Shown here piece after piece: positions 8,901 through 22,763 of a DNA stretch of 64,000 nucleotides. The stretch's first letter is position 1, and every line of letters starts with the position of its first letter. Both the position numbers and the translations under genes were made by a program. Below the pieces are notes generated by a model that worked only from the letters and a program-made list of their open reading frames with translations, had not been told where the DNA came from and did no database searches. Source of the stretch: Cenococcum geophilum (taxonomy: Eukaryota); NCBI GenBank assembly GCA_050273025.1, contig CP158635.1, positions 26,102,001 to 26,166,000 of the forward strand, read 5' to 3'.

Positions 8901-11502
8901 TAATTTACTCTAAAAATAAACTGGAATATAAAGAGTATATCTATAAAGTCCTATAACGGCTTTAGGAAGCTGGCCTCTAAGCTAATATTAAAATGTTAAA
9001 ATTTAGTGTTAAGTGTATAAAGTACCTAGGGTTTATTATTAGTATAAACGGGATTAAGGTAGACCTAGAAAAGACGGCCGTAATTAACTAATAGGTACCC
9101 CTAAGGACCGTAAAGGGGGTGTAGTTATTCTTAGGGTTCTATAACTTCTACTAATGCTTTATTAAGAACTATAGTAGGATTACCTAGCTACTAAGCCTAC
9201 TTACCTATAAGGACCGGCCCTTTTACTTTAACACTATATATAGGTAGGCCTTTAACGAGCTTAAGAAACAACTAGTCTTTACTTTCTTACTCGCCTACTT
9301 TAACCTAGAACGGCCCTTAATGCTAAAAACCGATGCCTTAGATAGTATTATAGCTAGCGTTTACTCCTAAAAGCAGACAGACGGAGAATGGTACTCTGTT
9401 ACTTACTATTTAAAGACTATAGTAGATGCTAAGCTAAACTACCCAATTCACGATAAAGAAATGCTAGCTATTATCTCTAGCTTTTAGCACTGGCAAGCCC
9501 AACTAGAAGGCACCCCTAAGTTTATCTAGGTAGTTTCCGATTATAAGGCCTTAGAATATTTTATAATAATAAAGGCCCTTATAGCCCGATAGGCGCGCTA
9601 GGCGGATACTCTATCTTAGTTTAACTTTCTAATTATATATAGGGTAGGCGCCACTAACCGTGTAGACGCTCTTATAAGGCGTAAATAGGATATAAATAAC
9701 TAGATAGCCGTAAAGATCTTATTATAGACCTAAGCGCTACTATGACTAGAGTACCTTAACTCCTAGATATAGGCAGAACTAAATACAAACTCTTTAGATG
9801 CTAAGATATGCCCTATTAACTCTATAGAACTAGACCTTATTAATAAACTACTATAGGTAAACTATACGGCCCCTTCTTTATAGGAGTACCGCAAAAAGGC
9901 AAAGAACGTTTCTAGCCTATAGTCCCTTAAAAGTAGACTGCTTAAGCACCGTAAACGGCTAGTGGTAGCAGAGGAATAGAACTTACGGACTTGGCTTATT
10001 GCCAAAGTATATACCTAGGTCTCTACGGCCTACCCTAAAAAAAATAAAACCCGTAGGATTATTGGCGACCGCTACTACTAGCCTAGAATAATTATAGATA
10101 TTAACCGCTATATACGGAACTATAATAACTGCTATAGGTTTATAATTCCACGAGATAAGACTTTAGGACTATTAAAACCCCTCCTAATACCCGACCGCCC
10201 CTAGTAATATATCTCTATAGACTTTTATAAGCTACCTCTAGACCGTGACGGATATAATATAGTTATAATCTTAGTTAACCGCTTTAGCAAGCGCCCGTTC
10301 TTAATTCCCTGTTATAAAAATATTAATGCTAAAGAGGTAGCTTAACTATATATCTATTACGTTTACCAAATTTATAGACTACTAGATACTATTATATCCG
10401 ACCGCGGGCTATAGTTTATATTAGCCTTTTAGAACAAGTTTACCTAGATCCTAGGCATTAAGCTAAAGCTTTCTATAGTATATTACCCCTAGATAGACGG
10501 TTAAATGGAGATTATAAATTAATACTTAGATTAGAGACTCTAGCCTTTTATTAACTACTTTTAGAATAACTAGGCCAAACTATTACCCTTAATAGACTAT
10601 GCCCAAGCGACCCTACCCCACAACTCTACCGGATTTGCCCCTATTTAACTAGAAATGGGTTACCTACCCTATATAAGCTTTAACTAGGAAAGACTAAAAG
10701 GACCCTAGACTATACACGAAAAACTATCTTATAAGGAAGCCTAGTAGTACGCTAAGCGCTTAGAAGAAGTTTAGAAAGTAGCCCGTATAAACCTAGAAAA
10801 GGCTTAGAAATTAATAAAATAGTAGGCAAATAAGTATAGGCGCGAGCCTAACTTTACTATAGGCGATATGGTCTAGATTATAATAAAGAACTAGAAAATA
10901 AAACGGCCTAGCCGTAAGCTAGACTATAAGATAGTAGGACCGTATAAGATTCTTAATAAAGTAGGCAACTTATATAAGGTTAAGCTCCCAGACTTAATTA
11001 AAGTTTACCCTATCTTCTTACTGGATAAGCTATAGAAAGCTATAAATAACCTACTACCTGGATAAAAGAATAAACCTCCCCTACTAATTTAAGTTAATAG
11101 CAATAATAAATAGGAAATTAAAGAAATGCTAGCCTATAAACTTATAAAGGGAATATTAAAGTATTATATTAGTTGGAAAGGATATAACCTAGACCCCACT
11201 TAGTACCCTATATAGAACTTTATAGGTAGTCCCTATAAGCTTTAGAAGTTCTATAGCCGTTACCCTAATAAACCTAGACCGCTAAAGTACCTAGATAAGT
11301 AAATAGAATACTAGCATAATAAAGACAATAAGCTACTAGAAGAATATAAGGACAAAAACACCTTAGAAATTTCTTAGTTATGTAAGGTGTTAAGATATCT
11401 AGGAACTTTAATCGGCGGTTAAAGTTGTCTAATTAGTTAGATTCTCTTGCTAAGACTTTTAGCAATAAAGCCTAAGGGCAGGATTTTTTGGAGGGGGGGT
11501 AA

Positions 11503-11729
11503 TATTATAGCACTGGCAGAACTTGGCAGAACTTCGCACCGGCAAGTTGCCATAGATTGCCGTATATTGTAATTACGTGACGTGAAGATCTTATAAAATA
11601 CCGAACGGCGCTGCTCTTCTTCTCCTTTCCTTTCCTTAGCTTTAGATTCTTGTTTATAGACAATCCAATTATATAGGCTTACGCGTCCCTTTTGCCGTAC
11701 CTATGCCTTGATTGACTAAGTCGCTAATA
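11503..11729 (+). repeat. 3' LTR of element B
   Basis: RIP-altered copy after the PPT, followed by TSD ATTAC. Confidence 0.95.
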
Positions 11730-12520
11730 ATTACTATCTTTTTATAATATTGCCCCTAATAGTTTCTTATTATTTTATAGTTTAGCCTTTTTACTAAGTG
11801 CGTCTGCTTTTATATTCTTTGTTCCTTTAGTATACTAAATCTTAAAATAGTATTCTATAAGCATCTCTACCTATTTAACTTATCTTTAGTTAAGTTCTTT
11901 TATTATTAGGAACCCTATTAGGTTTTTATAATCTATCTTAACTATAAATAGTTTATTTATACCTTATAAGAATGCTCTTTATTTCTTAAGTGCTGTAACT
12001 ATACCTAATAACTCCTTATTATAAATATTATAGCTTAGTTCTAGTAGTATTATCTTCTAACTATAATATGCTACTAGGTGCTATATATTTATATACTTCT
12101 ATAGTAAATATACTTTTAGTATAAAGTTTAATGCATCTATCTCTATAATTGTCTTTAGTCCTAGTTAGTAGATCTTAAGGATTAGCTTTTAGGTAAATAG
12201 TTCCTTAAATTCTTTAAACAACTTCTTTTATTTTTCCCTATGCCTATAGTTACTCTTTCTTAGTAAGCCTTATAAATAGTTTAATATTCTTTAACTATTA
12301 TGCTATAAACCTTCTATAGTAGTTACAACCCCCTAAAAATAATCTTAACTGCGTTACGTTCTCTAGTTCTTACTAACTTACTATAGCTTTAATTTTCTTT
12401 AGGTCTATACTAATATAACCTAGTTTAATAATAAATTTAATAAAATCAGTCTTTCTAGTAAAGAACTTATATTTCTTAATTGCTACTAGCATTTATTTTT
12501 CTTATAGTCTCCTTAAGACC

Positions 12521-15500
12521 TATTGGGAATAAAGGTAAGTGGTTACTATATAAGGCAAATTGCCGTTACGTGTCGCCGCGGCACTAGCGTGGCGAGGAGC
12601 CTTAAGCTTCTCGCCCTCCCTTATTTTACTATAAGATTAATAATAATTATTATACTATCTACGAACCGTAGCTATATAATATCACCTTGTATAACTAACA
12701 CTAATTAGTAGTTAACTTTACTATTATACTACAGAACAGCTAGGTATTCTACTAAGAAGAGATAAACTACTATACTAGTGCTACTTATGCTAGAGGAAGC
12801 TGTCTTTTAAGGTTAGAACTGGTTCTAAACCTTAAATAGAACTCTTCTATAAATTTAAGGATTTAAAGGCCAGAACTGGTCCTAAGCCTTTCCCAGATTA
12901 TAGATTCTTGCGTCTATTACGCAGAATAATACGCTTTATAAGTCTTTACGATTTAAGGCTAGAACTGGTCCTAAGCCCTATAATCGTAGATTTCTATTAC
13001 AAACGCGTACCAAACAATAAATATATCCCAAATGCCTACTAAATGACAATCCCTATACTAAGAACACTTCCCTTCCTCCGAAAACATAGCTATGCCCACT
13101 TTAAATGACTAGGAAGACTCCTTACCACTAGGGATAGCTGCGTACACGAAATTCATTAATAAAAATTAGGATAAATTTACCATTAATATAATAACTTATA
13201 CCGTAAAATAAGTTAATAGCTTTCTTTTATACTATATCCTATTCTATTAAAGTAGACACTACGCCGATTTATAACTATGGGAATATTTTAAGAAGGATTT
13301 CGTAGGATGGACCGCCGACACTTAGGTACTTAGCAATATTAATATTGTTTAGAATTTCCGAGACTTCCTTTATAGGAATAGGGTATATATTACTAAGAAT
13401 GGTAACCCAATTGCTAGTAATATTTAGGCCGTTATTATTAGTATAGAAGAACTAGTATAGACAAAAGCTAAGATTATACGTTAACTACGGAAACCTAAAA
13501 CTAACCCATATTCTTTAGAAGGCAACTTTAATTTGTATTAAAACCCCTAAAACGCTAATCCCCTAACTAGAGGTACTCTTCTACCGGGAGGTACTCTTCT
13601 ACTAGGAGGTGCTTTCCTACCTAAAGGTGCTCTTCCGCTACCCCCTTTGCCGCCTCTACCTCCTCTATCCTAGCTAACCGGTAAGCCTCTACTATAAGAA
13701 GTTACGAATCTAATAAAGGTATATTTGGACGAAGAGAAGAAGTTTAGAGGAGAACTATACGATATACTTAGAGCAAAACTATAGGTCTTCTATAACTGTT
13801 ATAATAAGGTTAGAATTTAATACTACTAGTACTACTATGCTTTCTCTATTATGTTAAAGGGACGGGTAGTAATATTCTATTACAACTATATCGCGGGTAA
13901 AAACTATAGCTTTAAGGTAATGCTTTAGCTTACTAGAGCCCACTTTAAAACTAATAAGAATTACTAACTTTATATATCTAAATGGCGAGAGACTATATTC
14001 TAGAGAGTTATTACTTCTAACCTAATAAAGACTTATTTAGAGTGCCTTTAACTACTCTTTAATAAACTTTAGAAAATCTAATATAGCCTTACTAAAACTT
14101 ACTAAAACGAGAACAGCTTAAGGGACTAGGTTATCTTAGCATGCCGTAGCATTTTTAAGTGTAACTTGGCGCTATATAAACCTATAGATATATTTAAAGG
14201 AGTATATAATGTAAATATAAGAATCTTAATAGTTTTATACCGAAAACCCTACCTAACTAAGTAATCCTAACTAATATAATTATAACTAGACTGACTGAAT
14301 ATATAGTGGCCGTGGTAGGGAATATAGTAAAGGGTATAATTAATGTTAACTATAAGGTAATTATAGAGGTCCTTATAGAGGTTTATTTTGAAGTAATTAC
14401 TAAAAAAAATACTACGTTTATAAAAAGCCAAATTACTAGTTAACTAGATACTCCCTTAATAAGCAAAAGGAGGCATATAATAAGTTCCGTTAGAGTATAA
14501 GAAATATTAGAAATTATAAGGTTATTATGGCCTACTTTTAAAGCTTCCTAGTTTAATATAAAGGCGTAGAAGATCTTAAGGGTAAGGTTAATAAGACTAA
14601 ATAGCTCCTTATGGATATAGAAATTAAGAACTACTCTCCTAACTAATACTTCACTAAGTATAGTAAGGTAGATGGTATATAAACCGTCGCTGTTCTTAAT
14701 AACTAATCTACGCTCTATTCTATTATAAAGTTAGATATTTTTAATAAGTTAAAAGAGAGCTTCGCGTTCTCCTTTGATAACAGATACTTAGCAAACGTCT
14801 TCTATAGTATTATACCAGATACTAGAGCCGCAGGAGTATCTATAGTAGGAGAACCTTAAGTTTAAGCCCTCTAGTAGCTTAATAGCTCTATTTAAATTAA
14901 CTAATTAACGGCAGGCTAATATACAATTCGTTTTAGCAAAGGTACTATAATCTTTTTCAGCATAATTAGGGTCCAAACCCCCTTAGGATATATTACTTTT
15001 TATATTATTTCCGCGAAAACCCTATTTCTATTTTATATTAAAGATATAAATTAATTAGGTGTTAGGCTTAATAACCTTAAGAATATACTTATTTAGGGAG
15101 ATAATCGGGTGCCTATTATACGTAAGTAAGGTTACCCCTAGTTGCTCCTTTATTAACTAGAAAAGAGTATTACTTAAAGCTACTTAACTAAGTTAGAATT
15201 ATACTAACTATACCGCTACTTTGGCCACCTATCCGTTTATTAATTGCTTAGGGTTCTTTAGTAAGTAGGCCATAAAGTTAAGGTTAAGGCAATTAAGCAT
15301 CTTATAAAGTACTGCTATTACTACTAAATAAACTAGAAGTCCCCTAGCCGATTTAAGTTTACCCTTAAGAATAACTATAACTTTAACTTCTATATTATTA
15401 TTAACGTTATATATCTTAGCGGCAAGCCAGTGCTCTAAGTTATTAACTTCTTAACCTCCTTTTAAGCCGCACGTTTTTTTAAAGGATATATTAGCTAGAA

Positions 15501-18479
15501 ACATATAGGATACCCTTTAATTATACTAGATTAATATCTACTTAGAACCCCCTAATTAAATCATCTATAACATAGGAAAGAACTTCTTATTTATAGAGTT
15601 CCGATAATAAATAAAGGCAATAGCAATTAAGGTTAAGGAAGTTCCTATTAAGGTATATAATAGTATTAGAAAAGTAGAGCGATATTATACGCCGTTACGC
15701 CGCGTATATAAGATTATCTCTTTAAAACTAAAGGACGCTAGTAAAGAACTTACCTTATAAATAGCTATTAAAGCTATTAATAATTCCGCTAGCCCGGATA
15801 GACTTATACCTATATTACTAGTCTTTAGCGCCTACCCTTAAATAACTAATAATTCTCTATTATCTCCCTTTATTGTATAATAAGCTAAGGCTATTTATAA
15901 AGTAATAAAGGAGGTACGACGTCTCTACGCTATATGCTAGGTTAATAACGTATTAAGAATAAGAAATGGCCTAAATACCTTAACTATACTTAATCTGCCA
16001 CTTTAGTCTAAGGTACGCGTATAGCGTAAAAAGGGAGAATAGTTAGGCCCATACTAACTTATTATAAGTAATAGTTAAACTTATACTATTTAGATGCCTT
16101 ACAAACCCACTTAATTCCATTTAACTATTATTAAGCCTTACTATAAAGATAACAATTCCGAGCCTTTATAGGATGCCCTAGAAGATACTTTAGAGAAGAA
16201 CTACGATTAACATGCTCTAGAAGGCGACTATAATCCCAATATAATTATAGTAGATGCGCCATAACTATAACGCGGTAGAGGTCACCTAAAGGGATTATAA
16301 AATTGCTAATATCTTATTAATTTTAAAGAACAATTTGTTGCTGCTATTAAGAATAGAGTTAAGTTATTAATGGCCTTTATAACAGCTAAAGAGAAGGCTA
16401 ACTTTAAGCTTACAGAACAGCTCTAAAGGGAAGGTTATATTATAACCCTAGGAGCTCCTTTCTAAGTATCTAATAAGTAAGAGATTAACGGTCTTATTAT
16501 AAAAGGAGTCTTTAAATTTAAGAAGTATAACCCTACTAAGTTTAATAAAGTTTGTATCTTTAAGTTAAGGATAGTTAATAAGATTAAGGGTAAAGCTATT
16601 AACGCCCTATTTAAGAAATTAAGGCTTATTATTTAAGGTTATAATAATAATAGTAAGGAGATAATTCTTATATAATCTCCTATAATTTAACGAGCTAGTT
16701 AATAAGTTATTATTATATTAGCTCCCTCCTTAATAAGAAATAGAATAGCGGTCTATTTATAAGATATTACTTAGGCCTACACCTAATTAGAGACGCACCT
16801 TTAGCGCTTAATATTAGCGCACCTTCTAGAGTAAATTTGCCACCAATATCCCAAAGATACGATTATAGCTATGCTTAAGCTATTATACAGAATTATAGAG
16901 ATAGGAACTTATTAGTGGGCTACCTATAGTAAGCACTATAAAGAAAAGCTTTTAATAACTATATCTATATTTAATCCCTACTTCCTTATTATAACTATAG
17001 GAACTCTATTTGGAATCGTTGGCATATAAACTAATAATATAATTATCTTAGGAGACGACCAATTCTTAGCTCTTAAAGAAGATAAGCTAGTAAAGGTAAA
17101 TCTTATAGTAAAGCTAAAAGAAAAGCTTAATTTAATAACACTATTACTCTTTAATAGATGCATCCTCTCCCTAAATAAGAATTCCATTACTTTACGCCAA
17201 AAGGGTTAAGGTAAGAAGATTAATGTTATTAACGTTAATTCTCTAAAGTAAGGATATATAGAGTAATATGCTTGCGAAGCTTATATTACTTCTATCTATT
17301 AACCTAAGACTTTATTTAATCTTTCTATTGCCGCTTAATACTAGGAACCTACTAAGGATAATATTCTTGCCCTAAATAAGCGTCTTTCCTAGTAAATAAA
17401 CCATCTTAATTAGGGACTACTTTACATGCCTATTAATCTTCCCACCGCTAAGCTCTTTATATTTATTAATAGATTATTTATAAATAATAAAGACTTTAGC
17501 TCCTAGTTAGGATATAAGATTATTATCGCAAATAAATCTACTAGAGAGAATAACTTTATAATCTACGGCAACCTTATTTATTAGAGCTTAACTAAGAGTA
17601 AGCGCGTTACTTAAAGCGTTCTAGCGTTAGAGATATATAGAATAGTTGGCGGAGTTAATATAGTAATTGCAATTAGAACTACCCTAAAGATAATTATAAA
17701 TCGACTTAAACTTCCTATTATCCCTATAATTATTTAGTTAAGCTTAGTACTACAAAGGAGAAGCGCCTTATAATCGATATTATAGCACTTTAGCAATCCT
17801 ACGAGCGTTAAGAACTCTTTAAGATTTAATAGATTAATAGCTAAGATAACCTAGTAGATGTAATAATAAAGGCAAACCCAAATAAGGCACTAGAGACGTT
17901 TGTTAATATAAATACTCTACGTATATAAGTTAAAGGTTAGGTTAAAAGAGAGTAGGAGTATAATATTCTATAGACCCTAACTTAAACTAGCTAATTAGGA
18001 TTTTCTATCCCTAGGATAGAAAATCGCTATTAACTCGCTTACTACTAGCGCCTTAGCGGCCCTAATAAGATATCTACCTACGACTCCTAAGCAAGAAGGC
18101 ACCACGTGCTAAGAGGCAAATTTTAGAACAGTAAGACTTATATTATAATAGTAATAGTAAGTAAGAGGGATTAATATTTGCTACGCTAGTTAAGTGGTAT
18201 ATATATATATATAGTAACTATAAAAAAAGAGTTGCCAGTGTTAGGAATAAAGGTAAGTAGTTACTATATAAGGCAAATTGCCACTATATATAGCAACTTG
18301 CCGTTATATATAGCAACCTGCCGTTATATACGGTAAGTTACCATCACGTATTGCCGCGGCACTAGCGTGGCAAGGAGCCTTAAGCTCCTTGCCCTCCCTC
18401 ATTTTACTACAAGAATTAACAATCATTATTATACTATCTACGAACCGTAGCTACGTAATATTACCTTATGTAACCAACA
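12521..18479 (+). mobile_element. Ty1/Copia LTR retrotransposon, full length, RIP-inactivated
   Basis: LTRs 12521-12700 and 18239-18479, TSD AGACC. Integrase precedes RT: pre-integrase (de-RIP LHRRFGHPS) near 15200, RT motifs (de-RIP KSRLVVQG near 16620, DITQAY near 16765), RNase H EKRLMID near 17760. Confidence 0.92.
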
Positions 18480-21400
18480 AGACCTATTTAACGTGCTCCC
18501 TATATTCTTCTTTAGTTATTAAGTAGATAATAATATCGTTAAGGTATACTATAACAAATTTATTAAGGTGTTCTCCTAATATACTATTAATTCGTTTTTA
18601 GAATATTACCGGTATATTTATTAATCTAAATTACATAACTAATAGTTTATATAGTCCCTCCTTTAACCTAAAGGCTGCCTTTTATTTATTGCCTTCCTTA
18701 ATTCTAATCTAATGGTACGCCTATCTTAGATCTATCTTTATAAAGATTTATATATTACCTATCTAATTCTAAATTTCGCTAATTAAGGGTAAAGGATACC
18801 TATCCTTTTAAGTAATGCTATTTAACTATTTATAGTTAATGCATAACCTAAGTTTTCCGTTTTTCTTTAGTATAAATAATATTAGATATTCTACTAATAA
18901 CTATAATAGTCTAATATATCCCTTTTATAAGTTCTCTTAAATAAACTCCCCAAGTACTCTTAACTCCTTTTAAATAAGCTTATAGGTTAGAAAAAACCTT
19001 AAACTTATTCTTAGTTCTAACTCTATCTTATAGTCCTATACTATATAATCTACTAGCTTTTTACTTTTTAGGCTCTATAGTTTTTTGCTATACTTATAGT
19101 ATTTCTTTAGTATATAACTTAAGCCTCGCTTAATCTCTTTATATATCGCTCTAACTTAATACTATACTAACTTAATCTATTATTATATCTTATATTATTA
19201 AGTATCTCTAATATTAACTTAACCTATAATCTAATTAATCTTTAGATTATATTCCTATAACTCCTTTTATATAGCATCGCCAGCGTCTTTATTATTTCTT
19301 TAGTAGTTCTTCTATTTACTATAATGCTTATGTCGTTAATATAGCCTATAACAAGTCCGTGTCTAAGCCCGTCTTCATTTATAGCTATATCTAGGAGGTC
19401 CGTAACATATATACTATATTAAAGTAGTATTAAGTATTTTTATAAAGCTATAGAGAACCTTCTTAGAGCTCTTACTGCACCCGGCCCAAAAAGACTAAAA
19501 CCAACTAAAAGAACCCTAAAAAACACCTAGAGAATCCCCCTAAGATATATGCATCGCAGGGGAGGTATACGTTAAACGACGGTGGTTTACACTTACGCGC
19601 GTTTACTAGAACCACGCCTAGCAATAGCCCTCTACAATAAGAACGGGCGAATACCACACTATAAAGCGGAAAGACCTTTATTAAGAAGGCATCTAATAAA
19701 ATATAAAGCCTATTAGACGCGTTTAGTATCTATAGTTACGGGGGAGTAACCGTTAGCTATAACGAACTAATATAGCTAGCAGGATGGCTCCGCTAGTCTA
19801 GTAAACCTTAGGCGCCCCTCTAGTAAACCCTTAATTAAATCCTCTAATGGCTAAGTAAAATTAAAAATAAATAAAACTCCTCCTTACTGGCGAACCGCAC
19901 CTGGGCCGCCGTAGCTGTATATCCATAGAATAGGGAACCTACCCCCCTAAAGATAATATCTGGGTATATAATTACAATATAACTAAGTATAGAAAAAGCA
20001 GAGGGGTTTAAGGGATAATTAGAAATAGAAGTCCTTACGGAGATTCGTAAAGAGGTCTACGACGCTATTATAGTCCGATACCTTAGGAGTAGAGATATTA
20101 GAGTTACCCTAAGGGACTAATAGGTAAAGGAATAAGCCATTAGGGTAGAGGATAGGCTAGGAGAATATATTGGTATAAAAGTGCTCCGCGAAGATTACCT
20201 AGTCAAAGTCCTAGCAGTTCCCCTAAGCCTTAGGGTAGAAAAGGGACGTTAGGCGGACAATACAGCAACTATATATAAGATAGTAAAATAAACGGAACGC
20301 CTTATACTAGGACTTAAGATTACCTAAATCTAATAGCTTTAATAGGAAAATGTAAATTAAGTATATAATAAGAATAATAAAAGAACATAAGGGTCGCCAA
20401 AGACTTGCTAGGGAAATGCTAGTTAAACGCATAGCTCCCTTATTATTAGCATATATACACCAGGAATACAAAAACTCCTTATTTAAAAAGGTATTATTAT
20501 AAATAGCCTTATATATAACGTAAGGCTCTATAACTACAAACTCCGCCTAAAACGATATTATTACTATATATAATAGGGGCACACCTAATCTATATGCGCA
20601 GTATAGGTATACTACGGCCACTGTGTAGGCCCCTACAATATAAGACACTGCTTAAATTAAGACTAAATAAAATATATAAACTGCCACTAAAGCATATATA
20701 AGGCGTAAAAGAGAGAAGATTATATTAAATATAGGAGACGGAAGGTAAGGGCTTAACAGCTGCGAAAATAACTACACGCTAGGTTATATAAATGGAAATA
20801 ATAGGCGATAAGCTAGGGGGGCGCAGGTGCCTTTCTAGCGTTTCCTACCTTTAATACTAGGGGGCTAGGCTAGCTATCCCAAGCCTTAACGGGCTAGAAG
20901 CGACGCTACGCGACATTACTAGACTATATAGGGATATAAGGGTTATAGGGGATATAAGGGAGAGAATACCTTATAGGAAGACCCTTATAGACAGCTATAG
21001 CAAGCTTAAAACCGGGATAGTTAAGAAGAATTAGACTTAACGCGGCAAATATAACATTTATAGCCGACTTTTAAAGGGTATATAGCTAACTAGTAAGAAT
21101 AGGGGAAGAACTAGAGATAATAACATATTTAGATATAGAAGCGCTAGTAAGAATATAAAACATAAAAATAGAAAGCTCTATATAAAATAAGTAGTAACTA
21201 GGGTACAGATATAAGAGATAAAAGTTTTAAATATCCTAGAGAAAGTGGAAATAGAAGAAGTAAGGAATAATAAAGAGGCGAAGGACCCTTACTGGGGGTC
21301 CGCCACTTATCCATTATATAGTATAACTATAGTAATATAAACCACCGTCTTATAAGGCCCTTACTAGATAGTTTAAACCTAAAGAAATACTATATCCTTG

Positions 21401-22763
21401 CTATATAAGAGCCGTATTATAATACCTATATATAATTAATATACTGCCCCTAAGGATTCCAGCTCCTATATAAACTAAAAGCAGCTATACGCGTATGCTT
21501 TATAATTAGCAAGACTATTAGCCTATTCTTATAGTTATAGTAAGCAGTTAATCTAGATATTGTAGTTATAATAATTTAGATATATAGAGGACTAGTATAA
21601 ATTATTAATATATATAACCCTAGGGTTAAAGGGGTCCTATAAATAAAGAACATTATATTAGTAATAAGCTTACTTAAAACTAAAGGCATAGAGTCTATCC
21701 TATTAGGAGATATAAACCTCTACTACCCGCAATAGGGGGGTATCTACGTCACTGCTAAACAATAGGTAGTGTTACAGACGCTTTAAGTACAATATTATAA
21801 CTACTTAAAGGAAAGTCGGAAGAAGCTAGTTAGTTAATTCAGGCACGGTCTAGGATAGAGCCAATAGAGCTATGTAATAAGGAATGGTAACTAAGGTTAT
21901 ATAATATTATATACAGTATACGTAGTATATAAAGGAAACGTACGTATAACACGTATAACACGTATATTATATACAAGAAGGATTTTATAGGAGTACGGTT
22001 GTATATTTAAGAACCCTTAGTCCTTACCTAGATAGTTCCTTCCTTATAGTAATTCTTAGAATATAATTAGAGTTAATCTATTAGGCAACCACTCTACTAG
22101 TTATTATTACGTTGTTAACTTTAATTTATATCACCTATATACCTAGCCTATTAATAAGCCCATCGTAGTACTTACTATAAGGTTCCGTTATATAATTACT
22201 ACCTAGTTACGGTATTAAATATAGAAAGTTAAATAATATGCCACTAAAAGCAGCTACCACGACGCCATTAACGGCGGCAACTACTTTAAGGTTAGGAGGC
22301 GATACCAATATAGCAGATACTAACTCGCAGCAACTTATAACGGTTGGATAACTATAAAAGATAGTTAACTAATTAACGACTAATAATGCGGCGCTAGAAG
22401 AAAGGGTTAATAAAATAGGAGCAGTAAAGATTAAGTTACTATTAATTAAGAGATACTTAGGAAAGAGATTAAAGCTTAAGGGATTTCTTACGTAAATGCA
22501 CTTTAAAGTTATATAAGAAGGGGTAAAGCTACTAACACCTATAGATCGAATAGCCTATACGGGACTATTCCTATTAGGAAGAGCACTTAAGTAGTTTAAG
22601 CCTTACCTTATAGAAATATAGGTAAATAGAATAACGACTACTAATTAAGAGGTGCGGTTTATATTCTTAAGCTAGGAAGGGTTTATAGAGCAACTTATAT
22701 AAATGTTTAGAGATCTAAAGGCAGTAACTATAGCGGAAAGAAAACTCTAAGATATTACGCAAC

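Larger units (their letters stand above)
5745..11729 (+). mobile_element. Ty3/Gypsy chromovirus family B, full length, RIP-inactivated
   Basis: 227-bp LTRs (5745-5971, 11503-11729), TSD ATTAC, PPT GGAGGGGGGG near 11490. gag-PR-RT (YLDN near 8886)-RH-IN-chromodomain (YYISWKGY near 11165) order. Confidence 0.95.

Noticed and set aside
19263..19450. Ribozyme at the 5' end of the autonomous LINE
   Set aside because: Looked for P1/P3/J4-2 pairings and found none convincing; heavy RIP could hide one.
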